A stretch of 53,649 nucleotides of DNA from Nitrospirae bacterium CG02_land_8_20_14_3_00_41_53 (GCA_002780895.1 PEUB01000123.1:1-53649); one strand, 5' to 3'. Positions 11,173 to 20,750 are shown, numbered from the stretch's first letter. The notes: generated from the sequence alone by a model not told the origin. Translations and numbers: made by a program.

Positions 11173-11395
11173 ATCCTATCTCTATCTCCCTTTCAGGTAC
11201 TATTGTTGATATAGCATGCTTGTAAATGAGTGAATGGGTATTTTCTTTTAAGAGTATTACAAAGTTATCAAATCCTTTTATTACGCCTTTTAATCTCACC
11301 CCATTAGTAAGATAGACAACTACGGGAGTCTTGTCCTTCCTGAGTTGGTTCAGATAGTTGTCCTGAAGGTTCAGGGCCTTACCGGCAGTAATCAC
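11147..11395 (-). CDS. hfq: RNA chaperone Hfq
   Basis: 82 aa. [40 protein letters not shown]...YKHAISTI are the Sm1/Sm2 motifs. Confidence 0.9.
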   Translation of the reverse strand: MITAGKALNLQDNYLNQLRKDKTPVVVYLTNGVRLKGVIKGFDNFVILLKENTHSLIYKHAISTIVPEREIEIGFEDQQPPQ

Positions 11396-11441
11396 AGCCT
11401 CTTCTCCTTTTATTTTTTCTTTTTACCTTAAAGTATTTTTC

Positions 11442-12374
11442 TCAATATTGCAAGCCTTTCAGAACATGATTAACACGCATAAAAGCCTCATGGCTTTCAT
11501 TAATGCCTGTTATATCAACCCAGTGAATATCTTCTTCCTTTCTGAACCATGTGAACTGCCTCTTAGCATATCTTTTCGTTCCTCTTTTTACGAGTCTGAC
11601 GGCCTCGTCCAGGGTGATCTCTCCGTGAAGATACATTGCAACCTCTTTATATCCAATCGCCTGCATTGAGGGTAAGGGAGTTACTGCATCTCCTATCATC
11701 TCTATTACCTTCTTAACTTCGTTAACTAACCCATCAATTATCATTTTATCAACTCTCTTTTCAATCATCTTGTAAAGCTCTTTTCTCTCTCTTGAAAGGC
11801 CGATCTTGATGAACTCATAAGGGAGGGGTTGGGTTAATCTTTTTTGCATCTCTGATATGCTCATGTTACTTTTCAGGCAAACTTCCAAAGCCCTGATTAT
11901 CCTCCGTGTATCATTTGGAGTTATTCTATCTGCTGCCTCATGATCGAGCTCTTTTAAGTAACTATACAAAGATCCCTTTTCTTCCTTTTCTATAGCAAGA
12001 AACGCTTCTCTTAAAGTCCAGTCAGCAGATGGGCCGCTGAAAATGCCCCTCGTCATTGCCTTGATATAAAGGCCTGTTCCACCTATAACGATTGGTATCT
12101 TTCTTTTTTCGAGTAACCCATTAATAATGGGTAACACTGCAGTGACATACCCACCCACGCTGAATGATTCCCAAGGATAGACGATATCAATCATATGATG
12201 TTTTATTATTGACCTTTCTTCTGAAGTCGGCTTGGCAGTTCCTATATTCATATGTTTATAAATCTGCATCGAATCCGCGCTGATTATTTCCGTTCCCAGC
12301 GCTTTTGCAAGGAGGATCGAGACTCCTGTCTTTCCGACACCTGTAGGTCCAAGAAGGATGATAACTTTGTTCAT
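11442..12374 (-). CDS. miaA: tRNA dimethylallyltransferase
   Basis: 310 aa. P-loop GPTGVGKT and the MiaA layout. Conserved mutL-miaA-hfq order. Confidence 0.9.
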   Translation of the reverse strand: MNKVIILLGPTGVGKTGVSILLAKALGTEIISADSMQIYKHMNIGTAKPTSEERSIIKHHMIDIVYPWESFSVGGYVTAVLPIINGLLEKRKIPIVIGGTGLYIKAMTRGIFSGPSADWTLREAFLAIEKEEKGSLYSYLKELDHEAADRITPNDTRRIIRALEVCLKSNMSISEMQKRLTQPLPYEFIKIGLSRERKELYKMIEKRVDKMIIDGLVNEVKKVIEMIGDAVTPLPSMQAIGYKEVAMYLHGEITLDEAVRLVKRGTKRYAKRQFTWFRKEEDIHWVDITGINESHEAFMRVNHVLKGLQY

Positions 12375-14167
12375 TTTCTCTTAAACATCTTCTTCAGATC
12401 ATCCAGAGAAAAGAAAATCCTTGTTGGTCTGCCGTGGGGGCATTGATCGGGGTGGTCCGCTTGCTCAAGGTCGGAGATAAGGTTTGAAAGTTCTTCCTGA
12501 TTAAGGATTTTTCTGCCTCTTACCGAGCTATGGCATGCAATTCGTGCAGCAAGAGCCTCTTTAAGGGATTTATATGGAGCAATGCCTTTGATAATACATG
12601 ATGCAGCATCTGAGAGAATACCCATGATATCAGCATCCCTTAAAACATCAGGGAGGGAGCGTACAATAACAGTCTCATGTCCAAAATCATCTACTTCCAT
12701 TCCAAAATCCCTGAGTGTCAGGATGTTTTCAAGGATAATCCTATATTCCTTGTGTGACAGTTTAACCTGCTTTGGAAATAATAACTGGTGAGAATTAAGA
12801 TTAATTCCTTTTAGAAACCTTTCATAAAGAATCCTCTCATGAGAAGCGTGGTGATCTATGAGTGTAAGCCCTCCCTTACCTGAAATAGCGATAAAGGTGT
12901 CTCCGAGATAGATAAAAGGCAGATGAGGTTTATAAGCAAATTCAAGGTTTTCTGATATTACAGACCCATGATGGGCAGCCTGTGGGAAGCAAGATATACC
13001 GTAATTAACCGACTGAGTTAATGAATCAGTTACAGACATTTTTGTGAATTGTTTTACATATTCATTTCTCTCTTCTCTTACAGCTTCTCTAATGCTGGAA
13101 TTTACAAAACGATAAATAGATTCTTTATCCTCAAACCTTACTTCGCGCTTTGTAGGGTGGACGTTAAAGTCCACCTTCCCCGGGTCAATGTCGAGAAAGA
13201 GGAAAAAGACAGGATGTTTATCACGAGGGAGAATACCCTCATATGCATTATATACTGCATGAGAAAGGGATTGATCTTTTATCGGCCTCTTATTTATAAA
13301 GATGAACTGATGGGATCTGCTGTTTCTGAAGTTATCGCCTTTTGAGACAAATGCTTTCATCTTTACAACCCCTTCTTGACTCCCGATAATCCCCCCTTGT
13401 CCCCCTTTAGTAAAGGGGGGATGGGGGGATTTGAAAGAGGGGGGTAAGGGGGGATTATTAACCTCCATAAGACTATTAAGAAACTCTTCTCCATAGATCT
13501 GCATAATACGTTCTCTTGGACTTGATGACAATGGGAGATTAATGGTTTCCTGATTATCAGAAGTAAGCCTGAAGCCTATCTCCCAGTGAGAAATGGCCTC
13601 TTTTGTAACTGTATCTATAATGTGAAAAAGCTCCGTGCTGTTTGATCTAAGGAATTTTTTTCTTGCAGGGGTATTAAAAAATAAATCCCTGACCTCAACA
13701 GTCGTACCGATAAAAGGGGAATCTTTTGCCTCTTTTACTTCACCGCCATGTATTTCAACAGATACACCTACCCTCCCTCTCGTCCCCCCCTTGCTAAGGG
13801 GGGGCTGGGGGGATGAATTTTTCAGACCTGTGATGAGTTTAATTTTTGAAATAGATGCAATGGATGGAATGGCCTCACCCCTGAACCCCATTGTCTTTAT
13901 ATTAAAGAGATCATCCTCGGTGACAAGTTTGCTTGTAGCGTGCCCTTTAAATGCAAGCAGGGCATCTTCTTTATCCATGCCTGTGCCATTATCAGATACC
14001 CTGATAAGACGCTTGCCACCATAGAGAATATCGATCCTTATATTAGTACTCTCAGCATCAATTGAATTTTCAATCAGCTCCTTTACAACAGAGGCAGGTC
14101 TTTCAATAACCTCGCCTGCTGCAATCTTATTCCTTAAATCACGAGGAAGGATATTAATCTTTGGCAT
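12371..14167 (-). CDS. mutL: DNA mismatch repair protein MutL
   Basis: 598 aa. IAAGEVIERPASVVKELIENSIDA and the GHKL ATPase N-terminus, plus a MutL C-terminal dimerisation domain. Contains palindromic inserts at two loci. Confidence 0.9.
   Translation of the reverse strand: MPKINILPRDLRNKIAAGEVIERPASVVKELIENSIDAESTNIRIDILYGGKRLIRVSDNGTGMDKEDALLAFKGHATSKLVTEDDLFNIKTMGFRGEAIPSIASISKIKLITGLKNSSPQPPLSKGGTRGRVGVSVEIHGGEVKEAKDSPFIGTTVEVRDLFFNTPARKKFLRSNSTELFHIIDTVTKEAISHWEIGFRLTSDNQETINLPLSSSPRERIMQIYGEEFLNSLMEVNNPPLPPSFKSPHPPFTKGGQGGIIGSQEGVVKMKAFVSKGDNFRNSRSHQFIFINKRPIKDQSLSHAVYNAYEGILPRDKHPVFFLFLDIDPGKVDFNVHPTKREVRFEDKESIYRFVNSSIREAVREERNEYVKQFTKMSVTDSLTQSVNYGISCFPQAAHHGSVISENLEFAYKPHLPFIYLGDTFIAISGKGGLTLIDHHASHERILYERFLKGINLNSHQLLFPKQVKLSHKEYRIILENILTLRDFGMEVDDFGHETVIVRSLPDVLRDADIMGILSDAASCIIKGIAPYKSLKEALAARIACHSSVRGRKILNQEELSNLISDLEQADHPDQCPHGRPTRIFFSLDDLKKMFKRK
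13388..13456. repeat. C/G-run palindromic element plus an extra right half-copy, in frame in mutL (minus-strand gene)
   Basis: aatccccccttgtccccctttagtaaaggggggatggggggatt + tgaaagaggggggtaaggggggatt, translated as NNPPLPPSFKSPHPPFTKGGQGGII. Confidence 0.85.
13771..13814. repeat. C/G-run palindromic element (cttgctaag centre) in frame in mutL
   Basis: ccctccctctcgtcccccccttgctaaggggggctggggggat, translated as SPQPPLSKGGTRGRVG. Confidence 0.75.
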
Positions 14168-14256
14168 AAAACATTTTAAAATTAGGACAACAGTAAGTCA
14201 ATCTGTGGTATATTTATACCTAATCAGTTGCATAAAAAAAGAGGGAGGAGGCATTT

Positions 14257-15513
14257 ATGGACATAAGGTCATATGTGCTCAATAAGGCAAGGGAGGCAAA
14301 AGAGGGTGCCTACTCACTCGCAAAGGCATCTTCAAAGCAAAAAAATGCTGCAATTATTAAGATGGCGGAGGCATTGCAAAAGAGGGCAAAGGAACTTATC
14401 TCTGAGAATAGGAAAGACATAAAATTTGCTAAAGGGAAGGGTCTTTCAAAGGCATTGCTTGACAGGCTTACACTGAACGATAAGCGCATAAATGAGATGG
14501 CGCAAGGGCTTGTTGAAATCGCAGCCCTGCCTGACCCTGTTGGCGAAATAATAAAGATGCGGCAGAGACCAAATGGAATGACAGTCGGAAAAATGCGCGT
14601 GCCTATCGGTGTTATCGGGATTATCTATGAGTCAAGGCCAAATGTTACAGCAGATGTTGCAGGCCTGTGTCTTAAGGCTGGTAATGCCGTTATCCTCAGG
14701 GGAGGTTCTGAGGCTATTAACTCAAACAAGGCGATCGTAACCGTTTTAAAAGATGTTATAGGACAACATGGGCTCCATCAAGGCGCTGTAACCTTTATGG
14801 ATATATCTGACAGAAAGGCAGTAATGGAGATGCTCAAGCTCGAAGGCATTGTTGATCTGATAATACCGAGAGGCGGTGAAGATCTGATCAGGGCTGTTAC
14901 TGAAAATTCAAGGATTCCTGTCCTTAAGCATTATAAAGGTGTCTGTCATGTGTTTGTTGACTGGGATGCTGATTTAAAGATGGCAGAAGAGATTTGCTTT
15001 AATGCTAAGGTGCAGAGGCCGGGCACCTGCAATGCAATGGAGACGATGCTTGTTGATAAGAAGATTGCAAAGGCTTTTCTGCCTGCTATGATAAAGAGGT
15101 TCAAAGATGCAGGCGTAAGGCTTAAGGGATGTCCTTTAACGAGGAAGATAGATGCATCTCTTGAGAATGTTAAAGAAGAGGATTTTTATAAAGAATATCT
15201 TGACCTTATATTAAATGTAAAAATTGTAGAAGGTATAGATGATGCAATGGTACATATTGCAAAATATGGCTCCTCACATTCCGATGCGATCGTGACAAAC
15301 AGTTATCATAAGGCCATGCGATTTCTGAAGGAGGTTGACTCATCAGCGGTCTTTGTGAATGCCTCTACCAGGCTTAATGACGGTTTCCAGTTCGGTCTTG
15401 GAGCAGAGATAGGGATATCTACTGATAAAATCCATGCAAGGGGACCAATGGGGCTTGAGGAGCTGACGTGCACAAAATTTATAGTTCTGGGTAACGGACA
15501 ATTAAGGGAATAG
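14257..15513 (+). CDS. proA: Gamma-glutamyl phosphate reductase
   Basis: 418 aa. IYESRPNVT, NAVILRGG, CNAMETLLV-like and ASTRLNDG motifs. Confidence 0.9.
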   Translation: MDIRSYVLNKAREAKEGAYSLAKASSKQKNAAIIKMAEALQKRAKELISENRKDIKFAKGKGLSKALLDRLTLNDKRINEMAQGLVEIAALPDPVGEIIKMRQRPNGMTVGKMRVPIGVIGIIYESRPNVTADVAGLCLKAGNAVILRGGSEAINSNKAIVTVLKDVIGQHGLHQGAVTFMDISDRKAVMEMLKLEGIVDLIIPRGGEDLIRAVTENSRIPVLKHYKGVCHVFVDWDADLKMAEEICFNAKVQRPGTCNAMETMLVDKKIAKAFLPAMIKRFKDAGVRLKGCPLTRKIDASLENVKEEDFYKEYLDLILNVKIVEGIDDAMVHIAKYGSSHSDAIVTNSYHKAMRFLKEVDSSAVFVNASTRLNDGFQFGLGAEIGISTDKIHARGPMGLEELTCTKFIVLGNGQLRE

Positions 15514-15519
15514 GAAATA

Positions 15520-16176
15520 TTGAAAGTTGGTATATTCGGCGGGGCATTTAACCCTATACATTATGGACACCTGAGGGCTGCTGAGGAAGTAAGGGAAAGG
15601 CTTGAGTTTGATAAGATTCTTTTTATCCCTTCTGGGAATCCTCCCCTTAAAACAAAAGACCTTGCAGAAGCAGTGCATAGATATAAAATGACAAGGCTTG
15701 CTATTTTCACTAACCGTCTTTTTGAACTATCAGATATAGAATGCAGGCCGTCTGGAAAGTCATACACGGTGAAGACAGTTGAGGAGCTGAAAAAAAATAA
15801 TCCTGAGATAGAATTTTCCTTTATCCTTGGGATAGATGCCTTCCTCGACATCATAAACTGGTGGCACCCTGGAAGGTTGTTCACACTTACCAACTTTGTT
15901 ATCATCTCAAGACCTGAATTCAGATTCGTTGATCTGCATGCATCGCCCTATATTAAAATCAACAGAAGAATTCTAAAAAGCCTTGATAATGCAGAGATTG
16001 AAACATACACGATAAAACTTAAAGGCAGCAGGTATGCCACCCTTCTCAGACTTACCCCAATAGGGATATCTGCAACTGTAATCAGGAGGCTCATAAGGGA
16101 GAATAAAAGCATAAAATATCTATTGCCAGCAGAGGTTGAATCCTATATAATTGCTAATAAGCTGTATAAGAGTTAA
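15520..16176 (+). CDS. nadD: Nicotinate-nucleotide adenylyltransferase
   Basis: 218 aa, TTG start. GIFGGAFNPIHYGHL (HxGH) and ISATVIRR (ISSTxxR) motifs. Confidence 0.85.
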   Translation: MKVGIFGGAFNPIHYGHLRAAEEVRERLEFDKILFIPSGNPPLKTKDLAEAVHRYKMTRLAIFTNRLFELSDIECRPSGKSYTVKTVEELKKNNPEIEFSFILGIDAFLDIINWWHPGRLFTLTNFVIISRPEFRFVDLHASPYIKINRRILKSLDNAEIETYTIKLKGSRYATLLRLTPIGISATVIRRLIRENKSIKYLLPAEVESYIIANKLYKS

Positions 16177-16182
16177 CATCTT

Positions 16183-16246
16183 GTCATTCTGAGCGAAGCG
16201 AAGAATCTCATATGTAGCAGAGACCCTTCGCTTCGCTCAGGGTGAC
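16183..16246 (+). repeat. Structured GTCAT...GGTGAC palindromic repeat (REP/MITE-like), copy 1
   Basis: gtcattCTGAGCGAAGCGAAGaatctcatatgtagcagagaccCTTCGCTTCGCTCAGggtgac. A perfect 15-bp stem sits between conserved flanks, in the nadD-rsfS spacer. Confidence 0.75.
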
Positions 16247-16331
16247 ATTCGACATCGTAAAAGTAAAGAATTGAAGGGAGGGAAAACCTTTAGAAAGCAA
16301 AGATAAAGCCCTCAAAGCAGCAAGGGCAGCC

Positions 16332-16628
16332 ATGGATAAGAAGGCAAAGGATGTCCTTATCCTCGATTTAAAAGACCTGACTACAATGGCAGATTATTTT
16401 GTTATCTGCTCTGGAGAAAGTACTGCACAGGTGAAAGCAATCGCAGAACTGATCGAAGAAAAATTTAATGAAGCGGGCATTAAACCTCTCGGGATCGAGG
16501 GATTAAAATATAGCCACTGGGTTCTTATGGACTATGGAGACGTTATTATCCATATATTTGAAGATGAGACAAGAAAATTTTATGAGCTTGAAAAACTATG
16601 GATCGATGCCAAGAGAGTCCAACTGTAG
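16332..16628 (+). CDS. rsfS: Ribosome silencing factor RsfS
   Basis: ADYFVICSGES, GDVIIHIF and YELEKLW motifs. Coordinates use the first canonical ATG. The conserved N-terminal helix is encoded in frame upstream from 16290 (see finding). Confidence 0.85.
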   Translation: MDKKAKDVLILDLKDLTTMADYFVICSGESTAQVKAIAELIEEKFNEAGIKPLGIEGLKYSHWVLMDYGDVIIHIFEDETRKFYELEKLWIDAKRVQL

Positions 16629-16641
16629 AATATAATCAATA

Positions 16642-17943
16642 ATGAGTAAAGTGTCTATCTTTATATTTGTGTTATTCATCGCAGCACTTGCCGTATTTGC
16701 TATCTTCAATCAAGAAGTTACCACTGTAAAAATACCGTTCGGTAAGACTTATGAAACCCCCACAATCGCCTTAGTATTATTATCAGGCGCAGTCGGTGCC
16801 CTTGTAATGCTTTTGGTTTTTGTAGTAAGAGATACAAAAAGGTTCCTAGATAGCTGGCAGTACCAGAAAAAACAGAAGAAAGAGGCAAAGGCTCAGGAAT
16901 TATACTCAAAGGCAGTGAACTATCTGCAAGCTCATCATAATCAGAATGATGCGAAGGAGTTGCTAAAGGAGGTTCTAACAGAAGAGCCAGAGCATCTTAA
17001 TGCAATGCTTCAACTCGGAGATATTGCCTTTTCTGAAGATGATTTCCAGAGGGCACGCGAATACTATCAGACGGCATGGGATCTTAATCCCCAGAGCCTT
17101 GAAGCACTGTTTGCCCTGGAGAGGCTTATGGAAAGAACAGGCAGGTGGCCAGATACCCTGAGGTACATTGAAGAGATACTTGAGATAGACGAGGGGAACC
17201 TTTCAGCTCTGTACAAGAAAAGGGATATAGTTGAAAGGCTGGACAGGTGGGATGACCTTATCTTTGTTCAGAAGGCAATATTCAAAAATGAACATACAGA
17301 AAAGGATAGAAACCGTGAAAGGCAAAACCTTGTCGGATATAAATACGAATATGGCAGGCACAGTCTTGAAAACGGAGAACTTGAAAAGGCAAAAAAGGCA
17401 TTCAGGACAGTATTAAGATTAGAAAAGGATTTTATTCCTGCAACAATAGGGCTTGCGGAAGTACTTTTAAGGGAAGGTGAAACTGAAGAGGCAATTAATC
17501 TCCTTGAGAAGAGTTACGAACAAACATCATCTATGATAGTCCTTTCCAGGCTTGAAGACTTACTGATAAATGTTGGCGAACCTGTAAGACTTTTAAGGAT
17601 TTACAAAAACAGCCTATCGAAGAATCCGCAGAACCCTTTAATGAAATTTTTACTTGGTAAGCTTTATTATCGGCTCGAGATGATAGATGATGCATTTGAA
17701 ACACTGACATCCATTGATACGGGAGGTGCTGCCTATCCAGATTTACACCAGCTGATGGGCAAACTTTACATTAAAAGGAACCAGATAGATAGGGCTGTAT
17801 ATGAATTCAAAAGGGCATTAGATATTTATAAACCCGTTTTCAGTCTGTCATACAGATGCAAAGATTGCGGTTATACGTCTTCTGAATGGTCAGGAAGGTG
17901 CACAAATTGCAAAAAATGGAGCACCTATCAGTTTGACCTTTAA
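16642..17943 (+). CDS. LapA-like membrane domain fused to a LapB (YciM)-like TPR / rubredoxin-type zinc-ribbon protein
   Basis: 433 aa. Two N-terminal TM helices, TPR repeats, and a C-terminal CKDCGYTSSEWSGRCTNCKKW zinc ribbon as in LapB. Confidence 0.65.
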   Translation: MSKVSIFIFVLFIAALAVFAIFNQEVTTVKIPFGKTYETPTIALVLLSGAVGALVMLLVFVVRDTKRFLDSWQYQKKQKKEAKAQELYSKAVNYLQAHHNQNDAKELLKEVLTEEPEHLNAMLQLGDIAFSEDDFQRAREYYQTAWDLNPQSLEALFALERLMERTGRWPDTLRYIEEILEIDEGNLSALYKKRDIVERLDRWDDLIFVQKAIFKNEHTEKDRNRERQNLVGYKYEYGRHSLENGELEKAKKAFRTVLRLEKDFIPATIGLAEVLLREGETEEAINLLEKSYEQTSSMIVLSRLEDLLINVGEPVRLLRIYKNSLSKNPQNPLMKFLLGKLYYRLEMIDDAFETLTSIDTGGAAYPDLHQLMGKLYIKRNQIDRAVYEFKRALDIYKPVFSLSYRCKDCGYTSSEWSGRCTNCKKWSTYQFDL

Positions 17944-18008
17944 CTCTATTAACAATATTTTCTAAATATCAGCTCTACCGAATGTCTAAATTATCTGAAA
18001 TCATTTTT

Positions 18009-18017
18009 TGCTATAAT
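18009..18017 (+). promoter_or_regulatory. Candidate extended -10 promoter element upstream of leuS
   Basis: TGcTATAAT lies about 75 nt upstream of the leuS TTG start. No good -35. Confidence 0.3.
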
Positions 18018-18091
18018 ACCCTTCGGGTAATTTTACCGATATCTCTGAGTTTGTGTTAGTCTTTTTCTTGCGATTTCAGGAGGTAGTCGAC

Positions 18092-20614
18092 TTGGAAGAA
18101 AGATATAATGCTCAAAGAATTGAGCTAAAGTGGCAAAGGTACTGGGCTGAGAAAGGGATATATAAGACTGATTTAGATCCTTCAAAAAAGAAATTTTACT
18201 GCCTTGAGATGTTTCCTTACCCTTCGGGTGAAATCCATATGGGACATGTAAGGAACTATGCTATCGGCGATGTAATAGCGAGGTATAAGCGGATGCGCGG
18301 ATATAATGTTCTTCATCCTATGGGCTGGGATGCATTCGGGCTTCCTGCAGAGAATGCTGCGATAAAACACGCTGTACACCCCTCAGAATGGACATATAAG
18401 AATATTGATTATATGAAAAAACAGCTTAACAGAATAGGACTCAGCTATGATTGGGAAAGAGAAGTAACCACCTGCAACCCTGAATATTACAAATGGAATC
18501 AGTGGTTTTTCCTGAAGATGCTTGAAAAGGGGCTTGCCTACAGAAAATATTCTTATGTAAACTGGTGTCCTTCCTGTGCAACTGTCCTTGCCAATGAACA
18601 GGTGATTGATGAAAAATGCTGGCGCTGTGACAGTATTGTCATTCAGAAGAAGCTTGAGCAGTGGTTTTTCAAGATTACCCACTATGCAGAAGAATTGCTT
18701 CAGGGCTGTAATGAATTAATGGGATGGCCCGAAAGGGTAGTCCTGATGCAGAAAAACTGGATTGGTAAGGGTGAAGGCGTGGAGGTGTATTTTCCCATTG
18801 TAGGAATGGATGGACAATTAAAAATATTTACCACAAGGCCTGATACCTTATTTGGTGTGACCTTTATGTGCATTGCCCCCGGACATCCTATGTCAGAAAA
18901 ACTGATTAAAGATATTGATAAGCTCGAGACCATAAAAGCAAAATATGGCAGGGAAGATGAGAAGATAGGGCTTTTTACTGGATATTACGCTGTTAATCCA
19001 CTAAATGGTAATAAAGTACCTGTATATATCGCAAATTTCGTGTTGATGGAATACGGGACAGGTGCAATTATGTCTGTTCCTGCACATGACCAGAGGGATT
19101 TTGAGTTTGCAAAGAAATATGATTTGCCTGTAAAAGTAGTAATAGTGCCGGAACATGACAGTAGAGGATGCCCCCCCACCCATCCCTCCCCCTCAAGGGG
19201 GGAGGGTAAGGGAGGGGGTGAAGCTCTCGATGCCCAGCTTACCGAGGCGTATGAGGATGAAGGTATACTTGTTGATTCAGGCCAGTTTACCGGTCTGAGG
19301 AGTGATATTGCGAGGCAGCATATAATAAAATTTATAGAAGAGAAAGGGCTTGGAAAGGCTGTAGTTAATTTTAAATTAAGGGACTGGGGCATTTCACGGC
19401 AGAGATACTGGGGTACACCTATCCCCATAATTTATTGCGATAGATGCGGTATCGTCCCTGTCCCGGAAAAAGACCTTCCTGTTATATTGCCAGAGGATGT
19501 GAAAATTACAGGTAAGGGAGGCTCACCACTCCTTGAGTCAGAAGAATTCCTCAAGGTTCAATGCCCCAAATGTGGTGATAATGCAAGAAGGGAAACGGAT
19601 ACCATGGATACCTTTGTGGATTCATCATGGTATTTTATACGTTACTGTTTTAGAAAAGGGGATATTGACTTAAACTCCGAACTCCGGACTCCTGACTCTG
19701 AAGTTGATTACTGGATGCCTATTGATCAATATATAGGCGGGGTTGAGCATGCAGTGCTTCATCTCCTTTATTCAAGGTTCTTTACAAAGGTTATTCGTGA
19801 TCTCGGACTTCTAAATGCAGGTGAACCTTTCCAGAATCTTCTTACACAGGGCATGGTCATAAAAGACGGTGCAAAGATGTCTAAGTCAAAGGGCAATGTT
19901 GTTGACCCTAATTATCTGATAGAGGAATACGGTGCTGATACGTCAAGGTTGTTTTCTCTCTTTGCTGCTCCTCCCGAGAAAGACCTCGAGTGGTCTGACA
20001 AGGGTGTTGAAGGCGTATACAGATTCTTGAACAGGATATGGGGGATTGTATACAAAAACAAATTCAAAATTCAAAATTCAAAATTCAAAATTAATAAAGC
20101 CTTTAGCCTTCAGTCTTCAGCCTTAGGCCTCTATCGGAAAACTCATCAGACTATTAAAAGAGTTACAACAGATATTGAACGTCAATACCACTTCAATACT
20201 GCAATAGCTGGATTGATGGAGCTTATGAATGAAATAACCTCATTTGATCCCAAATCCAATGAAGACTGGGCAATATTTAAATTTGCAATAGAGAAATTGT
20301 TAATCCTCCTCTGTCCATTTTCTCCACATATTGCAGAAGAACTATGGGAGGGGATAGGGAATGAGCCGAGTATATTAGAGCAAAAATGGCCTGATTGGGA
20401 TGAGGAGGCTGCAAAAGAAGAGAAGATAGAGCTTGTTATACAAATTAATGGTAAACTAAGATCAAAGATTATGATATCCCCAGGCGTTCCTGATGATGAG
20501 ATAAAGAAGATGGCACTTAACGACCAAAAAATCAAAGAGATTGTTGGCGCTAAGGTAATCAAAAAGGTTATCGTGGTAAGGGGTAAATTAGTTAATATAG
20601 TTATTGGAGAATAA
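18092..20614 (+). CDS. leuS: Leucine--tRNA ligase
   Basis: HMGHVRNY (HIGH) and KMSKSKGN signatures. I start at TTG 18092 ([15 protein letters not shown]), 8 nt after AGGAGG. The track ORF starts 13 codons upstream. Confidence 0.9.
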   Translation: MEERYNAQRIELKWQRYWAEKGIYKTDLDPSKKKFYCLEMFPYPSGEIHMGHVRNYAIGDVIARYKRMRGYNVLHPMGWDAFGLPAENAAIKHAVHPSEWTYKNIDYMKKQLNRIGLSYDWEREVTTCNPEYYKWNQWFFLKMLEKGLAYRKYSYVNWCPSCATVLANEQVIDEKCWRCDSIVIQKKLEQWFFKITHYAEELLQGCNELMGWPERVVLMQKNWIGKGEGVEVYFPIVGMDGQLKIFTTRPDTLFGVTFMCIAPGHPMSEKLIKDIDKLETIKAKYGREDEKIGLFTGYYAVNPLNGNKVPVYIANFVLMEYGTGAIMSVPAHDQRDFEFAKKYDLPVKVVIVPEHDSRGCPPTHPSPSRGEGKGGGEALDAQLTEAYEDEGILVDSGQFTGLRSDIARQHIIKFIEEKGLGKAVVNFKLRDWGISRQRYWGTPIPIIYCDRCGIVPVPEKDLPVILPEDVKITGKGGSPLLESEEFLKVQCPKCGDNARRETDTMDTFVDSSWYFIRYCFRKGDIDLNSELRTPDSEVDYWMPIDQYIGGVEHAVLHLLYSRFFTKVIRDLGLLNAGEPFQNLLTQGMVIKDGAKMSKSKGNVVDPNYLIEEYGADTSRLFSLFAAPPEKDLEWSDKGVEGVYRFLNRIWGIVYKNKFKIQNSKFKINKAFSLQSSALGLYRKTHQTIKRVTTDIERQYHFNTAIAGLMELMNEITSFDPKSNEDWAIFKFAIEKLLILLCPFSPHIAEELWEGIGNEPSILEQKWPDWDEEAAKEEKIELVIQINGKLRSKIMISPGVPDDEIKKMALNDQKIKEIVGAKVIKKVIVVRGKLVNIVIGE
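19171..19218. repeat. C/G-run palindromic element, CCCTCCC/GGGAGGG variant, in frame in leuS
   Basis: cccccccacccatccctccccctcaaggggggagggtaagggaggggg, translated as [18 protein letters not shown]. Confidence 0.7.
19673..19700 (+). repeat. Heptanucleotide array aactccg/gactcct, 4 units
   Basis: aactccg aactccg gactcct gactctg inside leuS ([10 protein letters not shown]). Confidence 0.6.
20059..20092 (+). repeat. Heptanucleotide array caaaatt, 5 units
   Basis: caaatt caaaatt caaaatt caaaatt caaaatt inside leuS ([11 protein letters not shown]). Confidence 0.85.
20101..20130 (+). repeat. Heptanucleotide array cttcagc type, 4 units
   Basis: ctttagc cttcagt cttcagc cttaggc immediately after the caaaatt array in leuS ([10 protein letters not shown]). 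Confidence 0.65.
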
Positions 20615-20620
20615 ATGAAA

Positions 20621-20641
20621 GCAAAGAGCAAAGAGCAAAGA
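20621..20641 (+). repeat. Heptanucleotide array gcaaaga, 3 units (intergenic)
   Basis: gcaaaga x3, starting 7 nt after the leuS stop. Confidence 0.8.
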
Positions 20642-20750
20642 AAAATACGGTTAAGGCTATGGTTACGATGCTCGTATCGGTGACGTGAAAAAGTCGAATG
20701 ACGTGGCCGTAAGACGAAACGGGCTTCGTTACCCTGACCGTTTGACATGT

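Noticed and set aside
18053-18091. Track start of leuS ([14 protein letters not shown]...)
   Set aside because: AGGAGG at 18078-18083 would lie inside the ORF. TTG 18092, 8 nt after it, gives the canonical MEERYN...KWQ N-terminus.
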